Shown: positions 10,049 through 19,427 of the stretch, in pieces | How the letters are laid out: the number at the start of each line of letters is the position of its first letter | Numbering within the stretch: the stretch's first letter is position 1 | DNA from: a virus | Reading direction: 5' to 3' (one strand) | Length of the DNA stretch: 64,000 bases | IMG/VR virus record: IMGVR_UViG_3300050343_000281 | Span: 1-64,000 of that record | Notes under the pieces: model-generated | What the model was told of the DNA's origin: nothing | The model's database searches: none | The model's input: the letters and a program-made list of their open reading frames with translations, nothing else | Position numbers and translations under genes: made by a program

Positions 10049-10435
10049 TTAAACTAACTTAATAGTATTTTTTTTTTCAGTCTTTTCAATAACTTCAATT
10101 AACTGTCTACCAAAATTTTCCCAAGACTCTATTCTTTCTTGTATTACTTCTTCTCCCACTTTTTCTTTTATCAACTTTGATCTAGTATTTAAGTAAACGG
10201 CATAGTCCAAAACAGTATTATATAGTTCATTTTGAAAATTATATAAATCTAATTTATTTTCATTAAATATATTAATAGAAGTTTCTATATTAAATTCTTT
10301 CCATTCCCCATTGTTAATAGGTCTTAGTCTCCAAAGAAAACCTTTTCCGTACATTATCTCGTATCCATTATTGTGAGAATAAAAATATCCACTTATACTA
10401 TCTTGAATGATTTCCATAGACTCTTCTATTTCCAT
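10049..10435 (-). CDS. Hypothetical protein
   Basis: ORF between helicase and primase. Confidence 0.6.
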   Translation of the reverse strand: MEIEESMEIIQDSISGYFYSHNNGYEIMYGKGFLWRLRPINNGEWKEFNIETSINIFNENKLDLYNFQNELYNTVLDYAVYLNTRSKLIKEKVGEEVIQERIESWENFGRQLIEVIEKTEKKNTIKLV

Positions 10436-10444
10436 AAGCTACCT

Positions 10445-11464
10445 CTAATCTTCTGCTTTATCTCCACTAAAAATTTCTTTAATTTCTATTTCTTTTCCAT
10501 CTTTGCCCATTATTTTCTTAGTAAGATCATAAGAAAAAGCTTTGTTTCTTTCTTCTGCAGACTTCATTTCTAGGAGAGTATTGTAATATAATTTGAATAT
10601 TGTGTACTCTTCTGTAGTCATTTTTCTTAACATTCTCAGCTCTCTATCATAAGCTAGTAGTTTATTTTGCCCACGTTTAACTTTATCATTTTTATGAGCT
10701 TCTCTAATTTTTGCATACCCCCATCCAAGGATGCTAATTCCAGCATCTTCTTCTAGTCTGAGTATAGGCCTATGGATCTGGATAATGTTGTTAGCAATAT
10801 ACTTAAACTGACTACATGCTAAAACAGAATCTGCATCTAAAGGTATTTCCCCTTTACCTCCAGAAGACTTGTTAACCTGTGCCATAGCTATTCCTAAAGC
10901 ATCTAAATTAACTGCCATTTCTTTTACCATAACCATTATAGAGTTTAGCGTACTTGGATCATTTTCTCCAATTACATGCAAGTGATCAATTGCAAAACAA
11001 CTAACATCTCCAATAGCATCTTTATAAACATTTAACTGCTCTTTAATCCACCTCATACTAATGGAATCTCTTGACTTACCCTCATCATCATATCTAGATA
11101 AAATGAATAATCTTTCGGAAAGGTCCTCATCATCTCCAGTCATATCAAACCATCTCTTAGCAATTTCTTGGTCAGTCATTTCAAGAGAAACATAAACAGC
11201 ACAACTATTTTTATTTGATATTAGAACGTCTTTCATTAACTGAAGTACTACTTCTGATTTACCAACACCGCTGTCTCCAAGTACTCCAAGAACTTCTTTA
11301 CGACTCCATTTATGTACTAAACAATCAAATTCTGGAGTAGATTTTACATATAAAGCAGGGTCGCTTCCTTTCTTGACTCTACCACTTCTTCTAAGTTCTC
11401 CAAGAGATCTTATACCAGCTTGTTCTCTTCTTTTTTGTGCAAAATTCACCACTCCTCCTTTCAT
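10445..11464 (-). CDS. DnaB-like (SF4) replicative helicase
   Basis: Walker A GDSGVGKS; YVSLEM; IDHLH; AQVN. Confidence 0.9.
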   Translation of the reverse strand: MKGGVVNFAQKRREQAGIRSLGELRRSGRVKKGSDPALYVKSTPEFDCLVHKWSRKEVLGVLGDSGVGKSEVVLQLMKDVLISNKNSCAVYVSLEMTDQEIAKRWFDMTGDDEDLSERLFILSRYDDEGKSRDSISMRWIKEQLNVYKDAIGDVSCFAIDHLHVIGENDPSTLNSIMVMVKEMAVNLDALGIAMAQVNKSSGGKGEIPLDADSVLACSQFKYIANNIIQIHRPILRLEEDAGISILGWGYAKIREAHKNDKVKRGQNKLLAYDRELRMLRKMTTEEYTIFKLYYNTLLEMKSAEERNKAFSYDLTKKIMGKDGKEIEIKEIFSGDKAED

Positions 11465-11493
11465 TACAGCTCCTTTTATTATAACACATGTAG

Positions 11494-11703
11494 TTATTTA
11501 TATCCAAAAAAATCTTTTATGGCTTTAATTCTTTCTTCACAATTCTCTTTTTCTTCTGGTACTAATTCCATCAATAGTTCATACACAACTATGGTAGGAA
11601 CTCCAGTTAAAGCAGAGTAAAGAGACATTTCTCCAAAACCGTGTCTTTTATAATGTGATAAAAGAGAGTGTAAACAGTCTCTATAGTCTTCTTTATTATA
11701 CAT
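11494..11703 (-). CDS. Hypothetical protein
   Basis: Probable ATG at 11703 downstream of the terminator. Confidence 0.5.
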   Translation of the reverse strand: MYNKEDYRDCLHSLLSHYKRHGFGEMSLYSALTGVPTIVVYELLMELVPEEKENCEERIKAIKDFFGYK

Positions 11704-11718
11704 TAAATTAATCTTCTT

Positions 11719-11743
11719 TAAAAAAAGCCCCAATTAAGGGGCT
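11719..11743 (-). terminator. Rho-independent terminator
   Basis: AGCCCC-6nt-GGGGCT stem followed by a T tract on the minus strand. Confidence 0.7.
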
Positions 11744-11785
11744 ATCGGAAATATAAGTTAAATTAAGAAAAGGAGAGGGAGAAAC

Positions 11786-12106
11786 TTAATTTAACTTTAC
11801 TGTACCTTCTTCGATAATATAATCAGGAATTTTAGATATACGATCTTCAGCCTGATTTTCTGTCATTGTTCCGTTTTCTAACATGATTTGAAATTTTTCT
11901 GCTGGATCATTTACATAAATAGTTTTACCATTTACGTTTACTCCATTAATTTCAATGTTAACATAATCAGAGTTTTTTACAAATTGAATATACTCAGAAC
12001 CATCTTCGCCTTTTTTAACTTCAAATAATGTCACGTATCCTGTAGTTTTTAAGTTACCTGAGTTAGTATTTTCTCTTGTGGAAGTTCTTCTAGATGTTCT
12101 TGTCAT
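11786..12106 (-). CDS. Hypothetical protein (possible ssDNA-binding protein)
   Basis: Position between Sak and helicase, followed by a terminator; no motif recognised. Confidence 0.4.
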   Translation of the reverse strand: MTRTSRRTSTRENTNSGNLKTTGYVTLFEVKKGEDGSEYIQFVKNSDYVNIEINGVNVNGKTIYVNDPAEKFQIMLENGTMTENQAEDRISKIPDYIIEEGTVKLN

Positions 12107-12539
12107 TTGTAGTCTCCTTTGATTTTCTTAGCTCTTGTATTTTTTGTTGTATCTGTTCAATATTTTCTTCTGTATCTTCTTCAACATCTACATCACTATT
12201 TAAGTTTAGCTTTTTAGAATCTTTTTGTAAAGCATTATTTTCTTCTATTTTTACTTTTCTTTTGTTTATTTCAGAAGTACCAACAGAATCTAACATGTAT
12301 GGAGTTTCTGTAACTCCTAAGTTTCTATCATAAAGTTTATATTGTCTAACCAGATCATCTTCTATTAGATAAACATTTCCCTTAACATCTTCTGCTACAT
12401 GGTAATGCCAAGATCCCATATTTCTAATTTTTACAGGACTAATGTTAGCAACTCCGTCTGTTAAGTCAGTGTAGTTAGGAATAACATTTCTTTTTAGATT
12501 CTTTTCATTAATTCTATATGCTCTAACTTTCTGAGTCAT
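12090..12539 (-). CDS. Hypothetical protein
   Basis: ORF in replication operon. Confidence 0.6.
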   Translation of the reverse strand: MTQKVRAYRINEKNLKRNVIPNYTDLTDGVANISPVKIRNMGSWHYHVAEDVKGNVYLIEDDLVRQYKLYDRNLGVTETPYMLDSVGTSEINKRKVKIEENNALQKDSKKLNLNSDVDVEEDTEENIEQIQQKIQELRKSKETTNDKNI

Positions 12540-12801
12540 CTTTCTTCTCCTGCTCTTTAAGAGCTAAACTAACCATCCCCATTTTTAGCTGCATTTCTTT
12601 TAAAGCGGCTCCCATTTTATAAACATCAACTTCTATTTGATTAGTTAGACTTTTACTAGGAGGTACTGGATATTCCATTACTGCCATAAATACCCTACTT
12701 AATTCTTTCTTTTTTAAATTAATTGCAGAATCTTGTAAGTCTATTGTAAGTTGAGCTGATATTTTTGCTAGTTTTTCAAATTCTTGTTTTAACTCACTCA
12801 T
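12523..12801 (-). CDS. Hypothetical protein
   Basis: ORF in replication operon. Confidence 0.6.
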   Translation of the reverse strand: MSELKQEFEKLAKISAQLTIDLQDSAINLKKKELSRVFMAVMEYPVPPSKSLTNQIEVDVYKMGAALKEMQLKMGMVSLALKEQEKKDDSES

Positions 12802-13358
12802 TCTGCAGTTCTCCTTCTAAATCCTCGTTTGTTTTTAGTTTCTTTTTTTGCAATCAGACTTATATCAGTAGTAGTTTCAGAACTATCAACACTGGTTTCT
12901 TGACTAGTTCCAACTTTTTTAGACCTTGTACTAGTTTTTTTAACTTCTTTTTCTCCAGATTCATCTTCGGGAAGATCCTCTCCAGCATAAATATAAAGTC
13001 CTAATCCATGTAATCCAATGGCTTTTACCGTAGCTCTTTGTATAGCTTTATTGACATCCATCATGTCAAAGACATCTTTGGAAATAGATTTGTTTTTAAA
13101 GTCCATTAAAGGCAAGTAGCTAATATGTTCTACTCCATTTACTTCTACTCCAACTTTTACAATAACTCCAGCTTCAGATTCAAAATATGGCATATTATCT
13201 TTTTCGTTATGATAAACTGTGACCCTGGCATCTGGAGCTACTTTCTTCAGTTCTCCCCAAGCAAAAGCCCAAGATAAATAAGTAAATTTACCTTTCTTTT
13301 CAGTTTTATCATTTACGTTTACTTTACTTAAAGAGTCAAATAAGCTTTCATTACTCAT
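12798..13358 (-). CDS. Sak / DUF1071 Rad52-like single-strand annealing protein
   Basis: TYLSWAFAW; NKAIQRATVKAIGLHGLGLYIYAGEDLP. Confidence 0.9.
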   Translation of the reverse strand: MSNESLFDSLSKVNVNDKTEKKGKFTYLSWAFAWGELKKVAPDARVTVYHNEKDNMPYFESEAGVIVKVGVEVNGVEHISYLPLMDFKNKSISKDVFDMMDVNKAIQRATVKAIGLHGLGLYIYAGEDLPEDESGEKEVKKTSTRSKKVGTSQETSVDSSETTTDISLIAKKETKNKRGFRRRTAE

Positions 13359-13803
13359 CTGAGATCTCCTCTTTTAAGTCGTTTTCTGTAATGTCATATC
13401 TACTAAATACAGTAGATTCTAATCTTGTTTTAAATTCTCTCAATCCCTGGACCTCTTCTTCCGCTCCACCTAAATTGATGATTTGACTAATCATGTTATC
13501 AATTTGTAGATAAGATTTCATTTCAACTCTAGACTGATTGAAAGCTTCTCCTAAAGAGTATTCTATTAACTTACTATCTACTTTATCTACAGTAATTTCT
13601 TCTTCTTCTGCAATTTCTTCTACATCTACATCTAGTTTCGTAATTAAATGAGACTCTAAAGTACTAACTACTTTAGACAATTCTGTTTCAATGCCCAACT
13701 TAGGAGCAATTTTTTCTAGTAATTGTCTATTATTCAATAACATTCCTAGTTCAAAATCTAAATCTTCATGTCTTGCATTTAAAGTTTCTGTAAGTTTACC
13801 CAT
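13351..13803 (-). CDS. Hypothetical acidic protein
   Basis: ORF overlapping neighbours. Confidence 0.6.
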   Translation of the reverse strand: MGKLTETLNARHEDLDFELGMLLNNRQLLEKIAPKLGIETELSKVVSTLESHLITKLDVDVEEIAEEEEITVDKVDSKLIEYSLGEAFNQSRVEMKSYLQIDNMISQIINLGGAEEEVQGLREFKTRLESTVFSRYDITENDLKEEISDE

Positions 13804-14125
13804 TTAATACCTCCGAATTATATACTTGTTGATACATTTTTTCTGCTATTACCATTTCTAATCTATATAGTGCTAATTCTTTACTACTTTCTTTAATTTG
13901 TTGAACAACTTTTACATTATTGCTTTCTGGAGAATATTTTAAAACATCTACTACATGGGAGTTACCGTTTTTGTAATAGGTATTTGCAAATAATGGAAGT
14001 TTATTTTCATCTAACTCACCGTTTTTTAAGTTATCTAACTCTTTTTTTAATAATTTGTTTTCCTGTTTCAACTCTCTAGCTAGGGCAATTAAGTCTTTTT
14101 TTGTAAGTTTTTCTAATGCTGCCAT
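13796..14125 (-). CDS. Hypothetical protein
   Basis: N-terminal coiled coil. Confidence 0.6.
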   Translation of the reverse strand: MAALEKLTKKDLIALARELKQENKLLKKELDNLKNGELDENKLPLFANTYYKNGNSHVVDVLKYSPESNNVKVVQQIKESSKELALYRLEMVIAEKMYQQVYNSEVLNG

Positions 14126-15106
14126 TTAAATTCCTTTTAATCCCTTTTTATTTTGTCCATCACTTCTACAGTAAGAATAGTATGGACATGGTTTACCAAA
14201 AAAATAACATCCCGAATCATAGTTTTTTTCAAAGAAACCAATAGAGATTCCCTCTAGTACATTATCATATACTTTGAATGTTTCGTCAATAGTTTTTTCT
14301 GGTATTTTATCTATAATTAATTGTGTTCTAGTTTTAGGTTCTCTTTTTCTTATTTTTTTTTCTACAACTCCATAAGCTCCCCATTCTAATCCCTCATGTT
14401 CTACATAAGTTGCTAGTTGTGGGCTATTAGCCACAGAGTCTTCTGTGTAAGCTTTTGAACTTGATTTGTTATCCAATACTACCTTTCTATCTGGAGCATC
14501 TATAAAGCTAACTACAGCGTCAATATACCCTATTAGAATATTACCTCTATCATCTGGTAACTCTACTTTTTTTTGTATATCAAATACTGTATGGATTTTT
14601 GGCAAAATGTCGTCATGATAGGCTTTTATTAACATGCTACCCTTTTTTAGCAGACATTCCCAAGCTATTCTTTTATATAATATTTTATCTTCTGGAGATA
14701 GTTCTTCTTTATTTTTTATAATATCAAAACATTCTTTTATAAATAATTCGTGATCTCTAACTTCTGGGTCAAATACAGTTAAGTCTTTTAGGTCGGATTG
14801 ATCTAGCAGGGATAGGTCTATGTCGGATTTAAAGTAATCTATGTTATTTTGATCAACTTTGTCATCCCATTGGTCTTCAAATTCTATAATTGCTTTTTGT
14901 AATAATGATATATTCTGTGCTTCTATACCCAGTTGCATACTTTTCTTAGACTCTAAAAGTACATTAAAAGATTCATCTAATGCACTACCAAAATATAAGG
15001 CACTACTATTTGAAATAGGTCTTATCCTATCAATGTAATGATATTTATACATTGCAGGACATTGTTCGTATTTATTAGCTGCAGAATGTGATAATTGGAT
15101 TGTCAT
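14126..15106 (-). CDS. PD-(D/E)XK exonuclease, Cas4/AddB-like with Fe-S cysteines
   Basis: LSHS..YEQCP; GYIDAV..LDNKSS; QLATY; CYFFGKPCPYYSYC. Confidence 0.85.
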   Translation of the reverse strand: MTIQLSHSAANKYEQCPAMYKYHYIDRIRPISNSSALYFGSALDESFNVLLESKKSMQLGIEAQNISLLQKAIIEFEDQWDDKVDQNNIDYFKSDIDLSLLDQSDLKDLTVFDPEVRDHELFIKECFDIIKNKEELSPEDKILYKRIAWECLLKKGSMLIKAYHDDILPKIHTVFDIQKKVELPDDRGNILIGYIDAVVSFIDAPDRKVVLDNKSSSKAYTEDSVANSPQLATYVEHEGLEWGAYGVVEKKIRKREPKTRTQLIIDKIPEKTIDETFKVYDNVLEGISIGFFEKNYDSGCYFFGKPCPYYSYCRSDGQNKKGLKGI

Positions 15107-15107
15107 A

Positions 15108-15578
15108 TTACTCCCATACAGGAATTAGTTTATCAGTATCCCATCTATCATTCAAGTATAATTTATACGCTTCATATACATTATCTACATGTTTGTAACT
15201 AACATTAAATTGCTGATTAGCCGCACAATTAGGCTTTTTAGTTAATCCATTGGATGGTATCAATTTTCTAGCCTGTAGTTTTATGTCTGAGTTTATAAAC
15301 TTAATAAAAGACTTATGTACTTTTCCTCTACGTTTTTTATATTCTAATGCTAAAGCTACCATATGATTCCATAACCATGTCCAATTTTCATAACTATGAG
15401 TAGCCCATAAAGTACTAGGATGATTTTTGTGAGTAGATTTATATGGAGCATGTCCTCCATTTTGTATTACTGCCGTTGAAAGCATTTGGCAACTTTCTAG
15501 TATCATTTTATTTACTCTTTTAGTATCTAAGTACTTAGCAGATTTTAAAGGACTTTTATCTGTAAAAAATATATTCAA
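15108..15578 (-). CDS. Pyrimidine dimer DNA glycosylase / endonuclease V family
   Basis: MNIFF; KMILESCQMLST; HKNHPSTLW; EYKKRRGKVHKS. Confidence 0.85.
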   Translation of the reverse strand: MNIFFTDKSPLKSAKYLDTKRVNKMILESCQMLSTAVIQNGGHAPYKSTHKNHPSTLWATHSYENWTWLWNHMVALALEYKKRRGKVHKSFIKFINSDIKLQARKLIPSNGLTKKPNCAANQQFNVSYKHVDNVYEAYKLYLNDRWDTDKLIPVWE

Positions 15579-15580
15579 AA

Positions 15581-15784
15581 TTATCTCCTATGTATTTTCT
15601 CGCAAATAGCAAAAGCATCCTCAATATCTACACCTTGTTCTGTCATAAAGTCATCAATACATTCCTTTAATCTTTGTATATGGGTTTTGTTTTTTTTCTT
15701 TTTAACGCTTCTTTCTGGCAAATTTAAGGCACAAGAAGAAAATACGCAAAATACGATTAAAATGATTAAATTTTTTAATAACAT
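15581..15784 (-). CDS. Small lipoprotein
   Basis: Lipobox-like VFSSC. Confidence 0.55.
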   Translation of the reverse strand: MLLKNLIILIVFCVFSSCALNLPERSVKKKKNKTHIQRLKECIDDFMTEQGVDIEDAFAICEKIHRR

Positions 15785-15888
15785 GTTATTCCTTTTCTTT
15801 ATATAAATTTTGTAAAAACTTTATAAAACTTACATAATCTGATTCTCTAAATAGTTTTATTATAAGTTTAACATCCATATCATCCCTT

Positions 15889-16671
15889 TTAAAAACTGGA
15901 TAGTGTTTTAATAGTTAATGATCCGTTATAATTTGATCCACTTATATTATTACTTTTATATTGCAGTTGTCCATTATTGGTTATACTAAAATCAACTCCC
16001 GCATAACTTCCAGAAAAGTTATTTGATATGCTAAACTCAGATCCTTCTTTAATAACCCTCATCTCTCCTACTTCTGTAAAGTCTAAGTTATCAACACTTC
16101 TAGAAACATTGTAATGTAATATAGTAGATTTCAAACTAGAATCTATCAATGCTCCTGTAATGTTAGAAAAAGAAGTTATATTGTTTACTATATTAAAAGA
16201 GTCGACTAATAAATCTGAACTAGGTTCTACAACTTGCTCTTTTAATAACTTATAAAAAGAGCTATTGTAAAATAACAATTGTAAAGTGTTGTTTGATGCT
16301 ATGGTAGAAAAAGAAGTATTATCATTATTGTTTACAGAAACTTCTTCGCTAGAGGCATTATGTAAATTTAACAAATATCCACTATTTAAAGAAGAAGTTA
16401 GGGGTAGTTTTAAAGAAAATCCAGTACCTGTACCGACTATAATAAAGTTACTAGATAGATTTTGAGAAACTTCATAAACTCCATTATTTGAGGTAGTAAC
16501 TAGTGTCGGCTCAAAATAAATACTTTTTATATTTGTTAGACTATTACTACCCAAGCTTAAATCACCTTGCATTGTATCGCCTGATCTATTTACTTTTTTA
16601 TTATCAAGCTCCAATAATTCAGTATCGTCTGTCATTGCAGAGCTAATGAATTTCGGGTCAATTTTTGGCAT
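15889..16671 (-). CDS. Virion fibre-like protein located in the replication arm
   Basis: KVNRSGDTMQGDL fibre motif; C-terminal domain paralogous to 50401..51213 and 36369..37937. Confidence 0.7.
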   Translation of the reverse strand: MPKIDPKFISSAMTDDTELLELDNKKVNRSGDTMQGDLSLGSNSLTNIKSIYFEPTLVTTSNNGVYEVSQNLSSNFIIVGTGTGFSLKLPLTSSLNSGYLLNLHNASSEEVSVNNNDNTSFSTIASNNTLQLLFYNSSFYKLLKEQVVEPSSDLLVDSFNIVNNITSFSNITGALIDSSLKSTILHYNVSRSVDNLDFTEVGEMRVIKEGSEFSISNNFSGSYAGVDFSITNNGQLQYKSNNISGSNYNGSLTIKTLSSF

Positions 16672-16673
16672 AG

Positions 16674-16922
16674 TTACCTCTTATCTTTATATTGATTTAA
16701 TTCAATTCTTAGTTCACTTATAGTATTTATCAACATTTTTTTCTCTTCTTGCATAAGAACGTAAGCTTCTTTAACTCTTTCTTGAGTCTCTTCCAGTCTT
16801 TTTTTATAACTATTGGTTTCTAACTCATAGTTAGCCGTCAAACCTCTACTAAAAATATAACACAATGTTACAATTAATGCAAGTTTTATAAATATCATTG
16901 TTCTGTTCCTATAATGTAGCAA
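16674..16922 (-). CDS. TM plus coiled-coil protein
   Basis: Hydrophobic N-terminus. Confidence 0.5.
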   Translation of the reverse strand: MLHYRNRTMIFIKLALIVTLCYIFSRGLTANYELETNSYKKRLEETQERVKEAYVLMQEEKKMLINTISELRIELNQYKDKR

Positions 16923-16953
16923 AATATTAAAAATAATAGTACAAATAAAAGTA

Positions 16954-17190
16954 TTATAATTTACTTAAACCATCGTACGTTTTTAAAGCTCTTGCATTAT
17001 TAGCCAAAGTTCCTAATAGATTTGCATATGCATCTTCTAAACTATTTCCTTTTACTACAGCTACGGTTGTTTTTGTAGACAGGTCTTCTAGTTCTAGTGT
17101 AATTTTATTACTTATTGTAAGTATTACATCTAAGTCGTTCTCAAATAATTTCTTTTGAAGTAATGCTAGTAAGTTTAAATTATTTTCCAT
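16954..17190 (-). CDS. Hypothetical protein
   Basis: ORF in operon. Confidence 0.55.
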   Translation of the reverse strand: MENNLNLLALLQKKLFENDLDVILTISNKITLELEDLSTKTTVAVVKGNSLEDAYANLLGTLANNARALKTYDGLSKL

Positions 17191-17191
17191 T

Positions 17192-17416
17192 TTATTTTCC
17201 TTTTTTTATCAATGATTTTAGCTCATCTGTGTTTACATTTATTTTTAAAATAGCTTCGGATAGTGTTAAGTTAGTAAGGTCTTTATTTGAAGTATACTCT
17301 GATACTATAAAACTTTGATCGCTTTTAACTAAATCAATTATATAATTTAAATTAACATACTCGCTAATTTTACGACTATATAACTTTCTATTTTTATACT
17401 TTATAATATTTTCCAT
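17192..17416 (-). CDS. PhaR-like (PHB_acc_N) DNA-binding domain protein
   Basis: IIKYKNRKLYS..SEYVNL..I.DLVK...F.V......DLT...L matches the PhaR N-terminal pattern. Confidence 0.8.
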   Translation of the reverse strand: MENIIKYKNRKLYSRKISEYVNLNYIIDLVKSDQSFIVSEYTSNKDLTNLTLSEAILKINVNTDELKSLIKKGK

Positions 17417-18129
17417 TACTTAATCTCCTCCTTTCTAACTTTATACCCTTCTTTATTTTTAGTTTTCCCTTGGGAATAGTGAATTATACTAGTTTCTGAT
17501 ACTCCAATAGCTTTTCCAGCATCCTTAGCACCTATGAATTTTCCTATTTCTTTTCCAGCTTTTGTTACGATAAAATAAAATCTTTTTTTGTTTTTAGTAA
17601 CTAGTTTTCTATCTTTTTTATTCTTTAACTCTTCTCTTTTTATTAAGATGGGTAATCTTTGCCTACCCCCCGTATTTTTTACTTGCTCGCTATTTCTTTT
17701 CATTATATTTATAATAGTTTCTTTGCTTACTTTTAGCTTATCTGCTATTTCATTCATACTATAAGCTTCTGCTAATAAGCTCCCTTTCGGACAAGTTGCT
17801 ACATATTTGTAAAACTTTCTTCCACCAGAATATAGATCTTCTTTAGATCTTCCATCAACTACAGGACATAAGTCTATAACTTCCTCTTTTTCATTTATTA
17901 ATATTTTTCTAAAACCAGAACCAATGGGTTCTAATACTTCTACCAAATCATCTTCTTTATGTCTTTCTTTTAGTCTAATCTTGAACAACTCCTCAAACTG
18001 CTTTACATTTGCAGGAATCATGTTATCAAATTTTTTTATTTTATCCGCTATGTTCATAAGATCCCTATTGTATGCTTTCGCTGTCAATGCTAATTTCATT
18101 ATCGTCAAGCTTTTCCAATTCTTTTTCAA
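17416..18129 (-). CDS. Tandem HTH/NUMOD-like DNA-binding protein
   Basis: Two HTH-like modules; paralogous to 19428..20054. Confidence 0.65.
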   Translation of the reverse strand: MKKNWKSLTIMKLALTAKAYNRDLMNIADKIKKFDNMIPANVKQFEELFKIRLKERHKEDDLVEVLEPIGSGFRKILINEKEEVIDLCPVVDGRSKEDLYSGGRKFYKYVATCPKGSLLAEAYSMNEIADKLKVSKETIINIMKRNSEQVKNTGGRQRLPILIKREELKNKKDRKLVTKNKKRFYFIVTKAGKEIGKFIGAKDAGKAIGVSETSIIHYSQGKTKNKEGYKVRKEEIK

Positions 18130-18268
18130 TTTTTTGTACGATATTTACAGACTTCTCATAATTTTTTTTAGACATTGCTAAATCATAGTCTGATAAAAGA
18201 TTATCAATAGTACTTTCAATTTTTGTAATTTCTTTTAAATTCATTGTTTTTTCTCCTTTAATCCACAT
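18065..18268 (-). CDS. Hypothetical protein
   Basis: Short ORF, probable start 18244. Confidence 0.5.
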   Translation of the reverse strand: MWIKGEKTMNLKEITKIESTIDNLLSDYDLAMSKKNYEKSVNIVQKIEKELEKLDDNEISIDSESIQ

Positions 18269-18441
18269 GTAGCATTATATACTCTTTTTTCTTTTTTAAC
18301 AAATTTTTTTAAACATGGCTGATCGCCATACCTAGAATCACTAGAACATACATATTGACTTCTTTTTATAGCTTTAAAATCTGTATTATTTAGTGGAAAA
18401 CTAGTTAAGTTAATAATAATAGTTGTCATACAAATTAACAT
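18241..18441 (-). CDS. Cys-rich hypothetical protein
   Basis: ORF with RBS. Confidence 0.55.
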   Translation of the reverse strand: MLICMTTIIINLTSFPLNNTDFKAIKRSQYVCSSDSRYGDQPCLKKFVKKEKRVYNATCGLKEKKQ

Positions 18442-18453
18442 AATATATTCCTT

Positions 18454-18873
18454 TTAAAATGATATAGTTATAGCATGTGTTATAATACCAAAAGACACAA
18501 TATTGTCTAATGCTATTATAGTGTCGTTTTTTTTATATAATGGTATTTTATAATCAATGCCCAAAACTGGAGTAATGTTTCCAGAAGTTATAGGAGTTAT
18601 GTCCCTATCGTAAAACTTTTTATGATTTGTATTATACCCACCTACTATAAAGCTAAAGCTATCGTTTACATTTAAAGACGCAATAGGTCCAACTATATCT
18701 CCGCAAGCTGAATCTTTTCCCATAATTAAACCAATTTGCAAACCTTTAGAGCCAACTAAAGCCCCTACATAATTATTTTGTATTGTTCCGACTTCATTTA
18801 TTTGATTACAGTAGTTAAGATCAGTTGCAATATAGTGATGAGTTATACCGCCTAAAAGTAAAGTAGTTAGCAT
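18454..18873 (-). CDS. Hypothetical beta-rich protein (possibly outer membrane)
   Basis: Alternating hydrophobic strands and terminal Phe. Confidence 0.45.
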   Translation of the reverse strand: MLTTLLLGGITHHYIATDLNYCNQINEVGTIQNNYVGALVGSKGLQIGLIMGKDSACGDIVGPIASLNVNDSFSFIVGGYNTNHKKFYDRDITPITSGNITPVLGIDYKIPLYKKNDTIIALDNIVSFGIITHAITISF

Positions 18874-18882
18874 ATTATTTTC

Positions 18883-19137
18883 CTAAAAAGTTAAAGTTTC
18901 TTTGTTAGACTTTACTTCTTTTACAGTATTTAAGTTAACGGTTCTATATTGTTTTTTTCCAAGATCAAAAACTGTTAGGTAGTTGAAATCATCTGGATTA
19001 TAAAATTTTTTCCCACCTTTTAAATACTTAGTTACTCCAAGTCTTGCGTTCATTTTTCTTAAAGTACCATCTTTTTTAATAAACGATATTGTAAAAAATT
19101 TATTTCCTACTAGTTTAATAATTTTTTCTTTATTCAT
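18883..19137 (-). CDS. SH3-fold phage protein (DUF2693/WYL-like)
   Basis: FFTISFIKKDGTLRKM..VFDL.KKQYRTVN. Confidence 0.7.
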   Translation of the reverse strand: MNKEKIIKLVGNKFFTISFIKKDGTLRKMNARLGVTKYLKGGKKFYNPDDFNYLTVFDLGKKQYRTVNLNTVKEVKSNKETLTF

Positions 19138-19166
19138 AACACTCTCCTATAGTTTTAACTCTTTTT

Positions 19167-19361
19167 TTATTCATTTTTATTCACCTTTTCGTAATAAGCT
19201 TGTTTAATTTCTTCTATGTAAGGCTGATAATCATGACCATTTATACCACGGTTATAGGGTTCATTTATTATTTCTAGTGGTTTATCTTTACTCCAATGTT
19301 TAAAGTTTTTATAAGTCCTAGTATCTTTTTTCCTTATATGTCCTTTATTTAAAATAAACAT
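19167..19361 (-). CDS. Hypothetical protein
   Basis: First gene after a sigma70 promoter. Confidence 0.55.
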   Translation of the reverse strand: MFILNKGHIRKKDTRTYKNFKHWSKDKPLEIINEPYNRGINGHDYQPYIEEIKQAYYEKVNKNE

Positions 19362-19384
19362 ATTAATACTCCTTTCCTGTTATT

Positions 19385-19413
19385 ATTATCTCATATTATA
19401 CGCAACGTGTCAA
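19385..19413 (-). promoter_or_regulatory. Sigma70-type early promoter
   Basis: TTGACA-17-GATAAT. Confidence 0.75.
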
Positions 19414-19427
19414 CTATTATTTTATAA

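Noticed and set aside
14126-15106. Cas4 as part of a CRISPR-Cas system
   Set aside because: No cas1/cas2 or array; context next to Sak indicates a recombination exonuclease
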